The notes below the pieces were generated by a model, which saw only the letters and a list, made by a program, of their open reading frames with translations, had not been told where the DNA came from and searched no databases. DNA of 63,921 nt, counting the filler, from Octopus bimaculoides (Eukaryota): the NCBI RefSeq assembly GCF_001194135.2. It is 5 parts of 5 records of this genome, joined end to end, with 100 filler letters (N's around TTAATTAATTAA, not from the genome) between each part and the next. Parts side by side here need not be neighbours in the genome. Positions count along the whole stretch, not along the records: positions 29,469 to 45,643 come from NC_068982.1; positions 45,744 to 55,923 come from NC_068985.1; 3 more parts are not named here. One strand, given 5' to 3'. The position numbers and the translations under genes were made by a program. Positions 39,634-50,925 of this stretch are shown piece by piece; position 1 is the first letter of the stretch, and every line of letters begins with the position of its first letter.

Positions 39634-40097
39634 AATATTGGTTTCAAAATTTAGCACAAGGCAAGCAATTTCCATGGGGTCGATTACATTGACCCCACTG
39701 TACAAATGGTACTTATTTTATCGACCTCGAAAACAAAGTCGACCTTGGCAGCATTTGAACTCAGAACTTAAAGACGGACGAAATGTCGTTAAGCATTTTA
39801 TCCATTGTGCTAACGATTCTGCCAGTTCGCCACCTTCCGGTTTCTCTTTCATTTTGCAATTAATATTAGTAATTATTTTAAGACGGCGAGCTGGAAAAAT
39901 CGTTAGCGTGGTGGGTAAAATGCTTAGTGTCACTTCGTCCGTCTTTATGTTGAGTTCAAATTCCACCGTGATCGACTTTCCGTTTCATCTTTTCGGGCTC
40001 GATAAAATAAGTACCAGTTAAATACTGGGGTCGATGTAATCAATTTACCCCCTCCCCGAAATTGTTGGCCTTGTGCCAAAATTTGAAACCAATATTA
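39634..40097. mobile_element. Head-to-head inverted pair of SINE family B copies (39634-39838 minus, 39880-40097 plus)
   Basis: Both match family B. Outer ends TAATATTGGTTTCAAA and TTTGAAACCAATATTA are exact inverses. Confidence 0.85.
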
Positions 40098-40361
40098 GTA
40101 AATTTTTTTACAGTACCAGGTGGATGCATTGTGTTCTTGAAGGAAAAACAACTTCGTTTCACGTTGCCCAAGTGAACTCAGCTGTAAATGAGTAACCCTG
40201 AGACGAACTCCTTGCAGATGAGCACCACCTTGTCATTGAATTACAGTTCGCTGCAGTATAGTGCTTTGGGGATGCAGTGAACTGGCGAACAAGCAAAACA
40301 CACACATTGAGTATACACAGTCGATAATGTATACAAAACTAGCGTTGTTTTAATCCAAGCC

Positions 40362-40632
40362 AGACAGGTCGAAGGGTAGAGACCAGACGAAGTGTACTCA
40401 ACTGGTCCTCCAGGTTGGGGGTTTAGCATTGGGCTAACAACCCGGTCAAGTAAAAAAACATACCTGTTACAGAAACCGCAACGGCACTCCCAAACGACGT
40501 GGTAGAGGAAGAGTCCTCTCCGGTAGAGCGCATGACGCGAGACGTGGGTGAAGCTGAAGAGGATCTCCCAGAACCGCGTCTGTTGGAAAAATGTTGCTGC
40601 GGCCTTATGTCCCCTGAGAAATCAAGAGGCTT
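40362..40632 (+). mobile_element. Internally deleted (bipartite) RTE element: 5' leader fused to ORF C-terminus, with (GA)n tail
   Basis: Leader motif CTGGTCCTCCAGGTTGGGGGTT...GGGCTAACAACCC...GTAAAAAA (recalled RTE 5' motif), then QNRVCWKNVAAALCPLRNQEA* (RTE C-terminal R..W..V.ALC motif). Confidence 0.6.
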
Positions 40633-40654
40633 AAGAGAGAAGTGAGAGAGAGAA

Positions 40655-40720
<66 letters not shown>

Positions 40721-42105
40721 TTGGCGTCCCATTCAGAGGGTAGTGTTGAGATCTCGGTCATTTTGTATGCCATGGAAACCGAGTAAACCCGTCCTTTGAG
40801 TTCTAAGGGCACGAGGCAGTGATGGCTAGGGAACTAAGTACTTTAACACCGGGTCATCTTCGACAACCATTGATCAAAAGACATACCGTCCGTGGCCATA
40901 ACACACATTTTAAGATGATAGAGGGGAGATTTGATGGAAAATTGGTTGATGTCTCGTAGATCTAGTCACCGCGTAAGTGTCTAAATGTTTCAGCATGGAA
41001 ATAAGATAGGAATAATGTCAGATTACTGTTGGTACAATTACTAGTTATTGTCGTCGTTGTTGTTGTTTCCTCATCTGTTCTTTTCATACAAGAGCCTATA
41101 CTCGAGACGTTAAAAACTTCTAATTTTCTGAGCATAAACCTAATACACCTTATTCGCGATTTTTATGTTTGTATCACACACACACATACACGCGCGCGCT
41201 AAAAGATGGAGGGTAATTGTACTAACATCCATTATAGGAATGGAAATATTGGAACAATTCCAAACGCGAACACTGCAAATTTTGCACAACGACAGATTAC
41301 AGGGTATCACTGCTATAAATTTGATCTCAACGTTCGCACACACGCGCGCGCGCACACACACATCGTATAATTATATATCGCATATTGAAAATTTCTACAT
41401 AAGTTGTTTGTACGAATTTAACCGCATCCACCTGGTACCGCATGGAAATTTAATAACGGTGATTGCAAAATGGCTCTGCTGCTGTTGCTAAATTGTTTTC
41501 TCTTTTAACAAACGTTAACGAATAACCCACTAACAATAACAGCAACAACAAAAACAACAACAGCAGCAACAACAACAACAATTCTCTCAAATATCCAGTT
41601 ATGATCGTTTATTGTTGAAATCAAATACTGTGAATTAACGTTTCCTGTTCAGTTACTTGTAATTCGAATCAAGTCATAAAAACAGATAAATGTCTCTTAC
41701 TTCAAAATCTTCCATCAACTTCAAAATCACGAAATTAACGGCAGACAATCACAACAGAAAGGTTTTATTAGAAATATTAATTGATTTCTTTCCGTATAGA
41801 ACGTTAGTTAAATTTATTTTTGTAAGAAAACTTTAAGTTCATGGAATCGCTTTCAGTATATAACTGGTATTATATAATTATCAAACACGGGAGGATGTAA
41901 AAGAAAGCTGACCTTGGACTCACAATGTTCAGGGGTAAACACATGTGTGTTGTTGCGTAATTGGTGTTTCTGAGTTCAAATTCCGCAGAGGTTCACCTTG
42001 CTTTTCATCTTTTCGTGGTCAATGAAATAAGTACCTGTTGAACTCTGAGGTCCTCCCCTAAAAATCTCAGGCTTTGTGCCTCTCATAGAAAAGATTATTA
42101 TTATT

Positions 42106-42760
42106 GGAGGACTTTCGGGCACGGTAATACTATGAATAACTTCCTGAAGTCCCTCACCTGGCCGTGTTACCGATTAACACTAACAGCTCGAGATAAACTC
42201 CACTGGCACGGAAGCGCTAACAGGCGAGGCTGTCCGAGAAGAGCACAGAGTGACGAAACCGTTCTGCATGCACTCTTGCAATGTCCGAATACTAACAACT
42301 TGTAGAATTATGTCGAACAACTGTTATCACGTGTGGGACAAATTCGACTATCGGTCAAATCCATCGTGAGGATCGCCCCACTATTACCTGTCACAAGACC
42401 GGGCAGAGAGTGTTCCTCTGTCTAGTGATAATGGTGAATGAGGTTGTGAGGTGGACAAGGCTGAAAGGACAGAGGAAAGACACCTTCCTCTTCGGTCAAG
42501 GTTTCATCAACTTTATTAAGTTTCACTTGGAAAGAAAAGTGAGGGTGGAGAGGGAGGCGCTACCTTCCCCGCCTCCACCCAGCAAATTTTTGAAAAGATG
42601 GGTGTCTGTGGCAAAAATGGATAGAGAGAATGGCCTTACTCTAAGTACACGCCTGTAGATTGGAGAGCAGGCAATAGGGTTCATACGTAGGTGGAGTTCC
42701 TTGATTGGCTCTAGCTGGAGTTTCTCCTGTATCAGGAGGACTGCATAATTCATTGTTTAC
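42106..42760 (+). mobile_element. Tx1/L1-clade LINE 3' fragment (zf-RVT-type knuckle and C-terminus)
   Basis: NNFLKSLTWPCYR...RDKL...CPRRAQSDETVLHALLQCP...GQGFINFIKFHLERKVRVERE...FLKRWVSVAKM; stops and a frameshift. Confidence 0.75.
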
Positions 42761-42769
42761 TCTACTCTT

Positions 42770-42971
42770 TACTCATTACTCTTTTACTTGTTTCAGTCAT
42801 TTGACTGCGGCCATGCTGGAGCACCGCCTTTAGTCGAGCAAATCGACCACAGGACTTATTCTTTAGATGCCTAGTACTTATTCTATCGGTCTCTTTTGCC
42901 GAACCGCTAAGTTACGGGGACGTAAACACACCAGCATCGGTTGTCAGGCGATGTTGGGGGGACAAACACAG

Positions 42972-43024
<53 letters not shown>

Positions 43025-43094
43025 TACGACGGGCTTCTTTCAGTTTCAGTCTACCAAATCCACTCACAAGGCTTTGGTCGGCCCGAGGCTATAG
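42770..43094 (-). mobile_element. SINE family A running into a gap
   Basis: Near-consensus match to 4836-5235 and 38289-38603. Confidence 0.85.
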
Positions 43095-43416
43095 NNNNNN
43101 NNNNNNNNNNNNNNNNNNNNNNNNNNNNNNNNNNNNNNNNNNNNNNNNNNNNNNNNNNNNNNNNNNNNNNNNNNNNNNNNNNNNNNNNNNNNNNNNNNNN
43201 NNNNNNNNNNNNNNNNNNNNNNNNNNNNNNNNNNNNNNNNNNNNNNNNNNNNNNNNNNNNNNNNNNNNNNNNNNNNNNNNNNNNNNNNNNNNNNNNNNNN
43301 NNNNNNNNNNNNNNNNNNNNNNNNNNNNNNNNNNNNNNNNNNNNNNNNNNNNNNNTTGATATGGTCGACTAGTCCCCTCCTTCAAAATTTCAGGCCTTGT
43401 ACCTATAGTAGAAAGG

Positions 43417-43476
<60 letters not shown>

Positions 43477-44017
43477 GAGTGAGAGAGCAGTGCATGCCAT
43501 CAAAGTGACATTGGGATAAAATATACGAAGCTCAATATACCCATTATGACTACCCGTCTGATAAGAGTACACCAGGCACATGCATCACAACCATATGTGC
43601 GCGACATGGTGATCTCATATGAAGATAAACAGCGCATGACCTCGTAAGTGGGGCCCAGTTAGAACTTTCTTCAGGTCGAGTAGCCCATCCCGCTCAAAAG
43701 GTCCCTGAATAAGGTTTGTTTAAGGATGTTGAGCAAAACACCCATGTTTCCAAAGGTGAATTATTCAAACCCCAAAGAATTCCTCTCAACACATGGCTAT
43801 GATGCTCCCTACTACTTCTGATCGTGATCAGAGATGCACATATTCATCAAGGGACATGCTCAACTGGTTAAGGTCAAACAACTGAGAAGCAAATCTGTGG
43901 TATTAAGCAGAATATTTGCTGTAGCCCATCTTTTTATACCAAGACAAAACAATGTACATGATAACACTTCCAATCAGTTAAGATCAGAAGCCATGAGAGC
44001 CACTGCCTAGTACTGCA
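43477..44017. mobile_element. Unclassified ~540-bp non-coding element embedded in an (ATT)n array
   Basis: Sharp boundaries with (ATT)n on both sides; complex sequence; no ORF with a recognisable domain. Confidence 0.5.
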
Positions 44018-44057
<40 letters not shown>

Positions 44058-45213
44058 NNNNNNNNNNNNNNNNNNNNNNNNNNNNNNNNNNNNNNNNNNN
44101 NNNNNNNNNNNNNNNNNNNNNNNNNNNNNNNNNNNNNNNNNNNNNNNNNNNNNNNNNNNNNNNNNNNNNNNNNNNNNNNNNNNNNNNNNNNNNNNNNNNN
44201 NNNNNNNNNNNNNNNNNNNNNNNNNNNNNNNNNNNNNNNNNNNNNNNNNNNNNNNNNNNNNNNNNNNNNNNNNNNNNNNNNNNNNNNNNNNNNNNNNNNN
44301 NNNNNNNNNNNNNNNNNNNNNNNNNNNNNNNNNNNNNNNNNNNNNNNNNNNNNNNNNNNNNNNNNNNNNNNNNNNNNNNNNNNNNNNNNNNNNNNNNNNN
44401 NNNNNNNNNNNNNNNNNNNNNNNNNNNNNNNNNNNNNNNNNNNNNNNNNNNNNNNNNNNNNNNNNNNNNNNNNNNNNNNNNNNNNNNNNNNNNNNNNNNN
44501 NNNNNNNNNNNNNNNNNNNNNNNNNNNNNNNNNNNNNNNNNNNNNNNNNNNNNNNNNNNNNNNNNNNNNNNNNNNNNNNNNNNNNNNNNNNNNNNNNNNN
44601 NNNNNNNNNNNNNNNNNNNNNNNNNNNNNNNNNNNNNNNNNNNNNNNNNNNNNNNNNNNNNCTCACACACACACACATGCATATTTATGCGACACTATTA
44701 ATTTGCATGTTTGCGGATTGCGTAAAAAAATAATAATAAAATAAATAAACGAAATAATTTAGTAGACATGTCTATCTCTGTGTGACTTTTGACTTTTCAT
44801 ATCTAACATGTAATTACCGAATTGAAGAATGCTCCTCACTTTCAAGATAAGATGGAAGAATTCATACTTGGCATTGAAATATTTCTGTGATATTGCGTAA
44901 AAGCACTTACTTCTATTGTTAGCTGAGTGACATACGCATAACTGCTGTCATCTCGTCGGAATCCAATACTGAGGTGTATAGAGTTTTTACATAGGAAAGA
45001 ACTTAGATGTATATGCGACGAGAAATGAAAGAGTCTGCGAGAACGCAAGGATTTTTTATTTATACATTTATTTATTCATTTGTTTGTTTATTTATTTATT
45101 TATTTATTTATGAAATTCTGAAAAGCATTTCAAAAGTAAGTGAAATAGCTTCAATCATGATCACGAATCGAAACCACTCATGCCCTACCTAGAACGTCAA
45201 ACATCTGTCAGCC

Positions 45214-45269
<56 letters not shown>

Positions 45270-45577
45270 AGTTTGTCTGTCTATCTGTATGCATGCAGGT
45301 ACGTGTATATGTATGTATTTATGACGGTATATAACTATGCATGAATATACGTGTGTGTGTGTGTGTGTGTGTATTTACATGTACGTATACATACATACAT
45401 ACATACATACATACATGCATACATGCATATACATTATATATATATAGTTGCAAGTATGTATGTATGTATGTATGTATGTATGTATACACAGACTTACACT
45501 GACACATACAAGCATACATACACACAGGCACACACACACACATACAACAACAATGACAACAACGCGCACACATATAT

Positions 45578-45643
<66 letters not shown>

Positions 45644-45743
45644 NNNNNNNNNNNNNNNNNNNNNNNNNNNNNNNNNNNNNNNNNNNNTTAATTAATTAAN
45701 NNNNNNNNNNNNNNNNNNNNNNNNNNNNNNNNNNNNNNNNNNN

Positions 45744-45779
<36 letters not shown>

Positions 45780-46239
45780 TCCGGTCTAGTAATTGTATTA
45801 GTCCGCAATTATGAAAAAACTTCATGTTGAATACAAATTATTTTGTAAATGGTTTTTCTTTTTTTTTTCTTAAACTCACAACATGGCCAAATTTGTTTCT
45901 GCAAACATGACGTTTCTGAAATAGCTTAGAGAACGTTTTCTTCGCTGATACAAGAGGGAGAGAGAGAAATATATGAAATATAGTCTTCGTCCTAAACTAC
46001 TTGGAAGTGGAATTTGCGAGGAGGTTTCGAAACCTGGTTTCGTCTATTCCATTTCATTTGACTTACATTACCGATGTTCCCATGAAAGACATGATTTCAT
46101 ACCTTTCACATCAGTCTTGTTCGTATTCATTTATTTTTATTTCTCTAGACCAAATGTTTGCGGGAATGAATCAGTGCCTTTGGATGAAAGAATATATGAA
46201 GAAATGAAAGCAAACAGAACTAAGTGAATAAGTTGAAAT

Positions 46240-46969
46240 CAAATGATTGAATGACTGAATAAATGATTGAGTAAATAAGTAAATTATCGAATGAAAGAAT
46301 GAGTCAATGAGTCAATGAGGGAATGAAGAGTAAACGAATGACTGATTGAGCGAATGGTTGTGACTGAGAGATTGATAATGTGAATGAATGTTTGATTGTG
46401 TGACTGAATAAAACCCTGATTGACTAAGTGAATGAATTAATGAGTGAATGACTGGATGAGTGAAAGATTAAATGAGTGTATCAATTAATCAATTAATTAA
46501 TTAACGTATGAATGAGTGAATGAATGATTGGCTGAATAAATGATTGAATGTAAGAGTTACAAATAATTTATTGAACAAAAGAATTAGAAAACGAAAGAAA
46601 ATATTCAGTGGATTAATATACTGATATTCGAAAGAAAATATTCGCTGAATTAATATACTAACTTATTAATTTATAGCAATATTGACAAAAATCAATAAAT
46701 AAAACCAAAACAAAAATATAAAAATTATATTATATAAGAATTATAAGGAAAAACAACTGGACCAATAGCTGTAAGAAAGAAGAAATTGAATGAATGCAGA
46801 AAAGAATAGAAAACAATGAATGCAAAACAGGAAAGAAAAAGAATTAATGCATAAAAGTAGGAATGAATAAAACGAAAAAGCAAAACAAGACGGCAGAAGG
46901 TACAGGTAAGGAAAAGGAAAGAAAAGCAGAAGTATTCAAAGTAGGAAATGAAAAAGAGAAAGAAAGAAT

Positions 46970-47046
<77 letters not shown>

Positions 47047-47169
47047 AAAGAAAGAGAGAGAGAGTGATCACGAAAAAGATAAAGAATGAATGTATAAACG
47101 AATGAATGTATAAACGAAAGAATGTTGGAAAAAAGAGAAACAGATAAGAAAGCACGAAAGTAAAAATGA

Positions 47170-47225
<56 letters not shown>

Positions 47226-47460
47226 AAAGGAAAGAAAGGAAGAATAAAAAGAATGAAACCAGGAAGTAAGAGAAGGAAGAAATGAGAAAATTTTGAAAAT
47301 AAATGCAATCAAAATGAAAAAAATTAAAAGTGTAAATAAAATAATGAATTAATGAAGGTAAGGAAAGATAAAAATGAATAAATGAATAACTAAATAAGTA
47401 AATGAAAAAATGAAAGAAGCAATGAAGGAGAAAAGGGACGAATAACAGAGAGAATGACAG
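46240..47460. repeat. Purine-rich low-complexity region: degenerate (AATG)n, (GATA)n and (GAAA)n
   Basis: Directly visible; source of the FL/SIYL ORFs. Confidence 0.9.
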
Positions 47461-47961
47461 AGAGGAAGACAGAGAGAAGGGGTGGGAGAAAAGAGAATCT
47501 ATATCACCATGGGAACAAAGCTGACACTAACGGTGTTTGCTGCATCATGTCATTTGAATAATTGATTCTGGACTCGTACATAAGAACGTATCTTATACTG
47601 AGATTGTAGTGTGCTGAGGTAGAGGGGGAATTGTGAAGTAAATAGAGGGGGGAGTGTTGGGGGTAAAGAGTGTGAGGGTCAGGAAAGGAGGCGGGAGGGG
47701 GAGATTGTGATAGGGAGAAGGAGAGCAAGGAGGAAATAAATACTAACGGAGATGGTAATGGTTGGAAAAGGAAAAGAAAAAGGAAAGAGACATTCTGACA
47801 CATGAAAACAGAGAGTTGCGCATGTGCGCACGATCACACACATAAGAACGCACACGCATATATACATGTATATGTATGTGAGCGTGTGCAGGTGTATGCG
47901 CGTGTAGGTATGTGTGTGTGATATATGCATGTGTATGTATGTATATATATGTGTATATATA

Positions 47962-48023
<62 letters not shown>

Positions 48024-49529
48024 NNNNNNNNNNNNNNNNNNNNNNNNNNNNNNNNNNNNNNNNNNNNNNNNNNNNNNNNNNNNNNNNNNNNNNNNNNNNN
48101 NNNNNNNNNNNNNNNNNNNNNNNNNNNNNNNNNNNNNNNNNNNNNNNNNNNNNNNNNNNNNNNNNNNNNNNNNNNNNNNNNNNNNNNNNNNNNNNNNNNN
48201 NNNNNNNNNNNNNNNNNNNNNNNNNNNNNNNNNNNNNNNNNNNNNNNNNNNNNNNNNNNNNNNNNNNNNNNNNNNNNNNNNNNNNNNNNNNNNNNNNNNN
48301 NNNNNNNNNNNNNNNNNNNNNNNNNNNNNNNNNNNNNNNNNNNNNNNNNNNNNNNNNNNNNNNNNNNNNNNNNNNNNNNNNNNNNNNNNNNNNNNNNNNN
48401 NNNNNNNNNNNNNNNNNNNNNNNNNNNNNNNNNNNNNNNNNNNNNNNNNNNNNNNNNNNNNNNNNNNNNNNNNNNNNNNNNNNNNNNNNNNNNNNNNNNN
48501 NNNNNNNNNNNNNNNNNNNNNNNNNNNNNNNNNNNNNNNNNNNNNNNNNNNNNNNNNNNNNNNNNNNNNNNNNNNNNNNNNNNNNNNNNNNNNNNNNNNN
48601 NNNNNNNNNNNNNNNNNNNNNNNNNNNNNNNNNNNNNNNNNNNNNNNNNNNNNNNNNNNNNNNNNNNNNNNNNNNNNNNNNNNNNNNNNNNNNNNNNNNN
48701 NNNNNNNNNNNNNNNNNNNNNNNNNNNNNNNNNNNNNNNNNNNNNNNNNNNNNNNNNNNNNNNNNNNNNNNNNNNNNNNNNNNNNNNNNNNGTGTGTGTG
48801 TTTGTGTGTGTCTTCCACCACTACTTAACGACCAGTATTGTTTTATTTAGGTACCGGACTTTAAAAGCAACTAGTACTGGGGTTGTATAATTTTTCAAGG
48901 TGCCGCTCCATCATGGCCGCGTTCTAATGACTGAAATAGGCAAAAGGTAAGAGATATAATTTGGTATTTCCGTTTAAAGTTCTTAGAATATCTGCTTAGC
49001 CACCCGAATTCGTGAACCACTACCTCCAGTTCTATACATCAATGAAAGCTCAACTTTTGTGCGGTGATAGATATGAAGGTTTACATTCTGCAGTGTAAAA
49101 ATAGTAGTCAGCTAATGTTATATTCTAGCTCCTAAACTCTTTAGTATCTGCGTCAAGTTTCTGACTTCATCGTTACACAAAGTGATGTACAGAGGGCAGG
49201 TGTTACTATGAATTTATGATTTGTTGATGACCCGTTTATAATCCGAAACATTAAACCAATCTGGCAGCATCTATGCTTTTTATTGGCATGCTAGAAATTG
49301 GAAGCAAACCTCCTTCAGATCATTCCACTGATGTGTGAAAGAGAGACGTCATAATGTTTGATATAGTACAAGATATAGTCTATCAAAATAAAATCTCATA
49401 GTCGGGAGCATAACGATTTTAATCATACGTACACTCTATCAGAGACGATGGAAGATGAACCACCACCAGCAACAACAACACAACCATTATAAGGTTGCTG
49501 ACAATCACCAAGCTGAGATTTTAGGAGAT

Positions 49530-50100
49530 ATTGATATGCAGTATTTTGATAACTTTCACTCTTAGCACACATTCCAGAAACCCTAGATACCATTATCTGC
49601 GCTTTTGTTATAACATTTACAAGAATGGGTTTGATAATTAACATCCAGATAACTGAGGGAAATAACGCATTTAAAAACTACCTCTGCCGACATTCTCGAT
49701 ACAGAAGCAACAACCAATTAGCTATAGAGTCCAGATTCAGTTACCCAGGCAGCAGTATCGCTACTGAAGGCACATTTGGGCGAGAAACTTCAAAACTAAC
49801 TTCTGTCATTGCTACTTCTAGAAGACTTAGAAAGCAGGTCTCTCTAAACCTCTATCTCTACTTCCATAGAAAGGTTTTCGCCTACAGTGCAGTTAGGACT
49901 TCTATTTTCTTAAATAGGACCAAAACATAGGACTACATACACCCGTCACATCAAGGTGCGCTGATTCTAAACATCCAGTGCTTCCAGAAGACTTTCAGCT
50001 GCCTAAATAGATCGTCTGTTGAAACAAAACCAGCAACATTAGATCCACACTGCACAGATCCAAACACGGACAAATCGATGTTTATCAACTTGATGTCATA
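49530..50100 (+). mobile_element. Old RTE-clade LINE RT/thumb fragment
   Basis: MQYFDN...LLAH...GLIINIQIT...FSYPGSSI...TTYTRHIK: decayed QYADD / GL.IN..KT / YLGS / TWT.Y.RHIK series. Confidence 0.6.
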
Positions 50101-50869
50101 ACAGAAATTTCCTTCAATTTCTTCTGATTATAACGGAATTTTGATTTGAATTTAACCAGTTAATGGAAGCCCTGTATAAAAGATTTGATATCTGAGCTTG
50201 GCGAGGATCTGCAACTATATACTATTTCTGTTCTGGTAGGTGTTGTTGAATCCTTGATCGTCTCTAACGGAGTGGACATATGACCAAAGACGTTGCACTC
50301 TTGACCATGATATATTTTTAGATAGACTATACCAAGGGCTATATCAAATAAAGTGACGTTCTCTATTTATGTATTTTGAGGAATACTTTACAATTTAATC
50401 TTGAAATAAATGAACAACAAATGAATTACACACAGGACGTTCATTATATGTTATGAGTTTTATTTCTGAAGCACGAGATCCAAATTTTGAACGAAGTGCA
50501 AAAGTTTCTATTATAAATGCTTCTGTATGTTAGCGAGAAATTTATAGAGAGCGAACAACTCTTGACTTGTTTTTTTTTGTTTTTTTTTTAAAGAAAGCAG
50601 TGCTTGTGAATCGGCGATCGCGTCTGCAAGTGATGGTGTGCGCGAGTCTAATGCGAGTGAAAGTGATTCAGAAAACGATTATATTTTTTATTATAAACGA
50701 TCTTGACATTCTTTTTACTTTAGATAAAATATCCTTTGCATTCTACTGTTGTTTCATTGCCATTTATTTACGAGTATTTTAAATTTAATAGGTAGAATAT
50801 TTTTCTGGGAACGAATTACGATTTATAATATTGCTACTATGGGAAATTATTGCCCTGCTTTACGATTTT

Positions 50870-50925
50870 TCACTTTACGAGCGGTCTCCGGGAACAAATT
50901 AATTCGTATGTCGAAGCATTACCGT
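50870..50925 (-). mobile_element. Possible pogo/Tigger-like terminal inverted repeat, one end only
   Basis: Minus strand TA-CGGTAATGCTTCGACATACGAATTAATTTGTTCC resembles Tigger-type termini; no partner end found. Confidence 0.35.
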
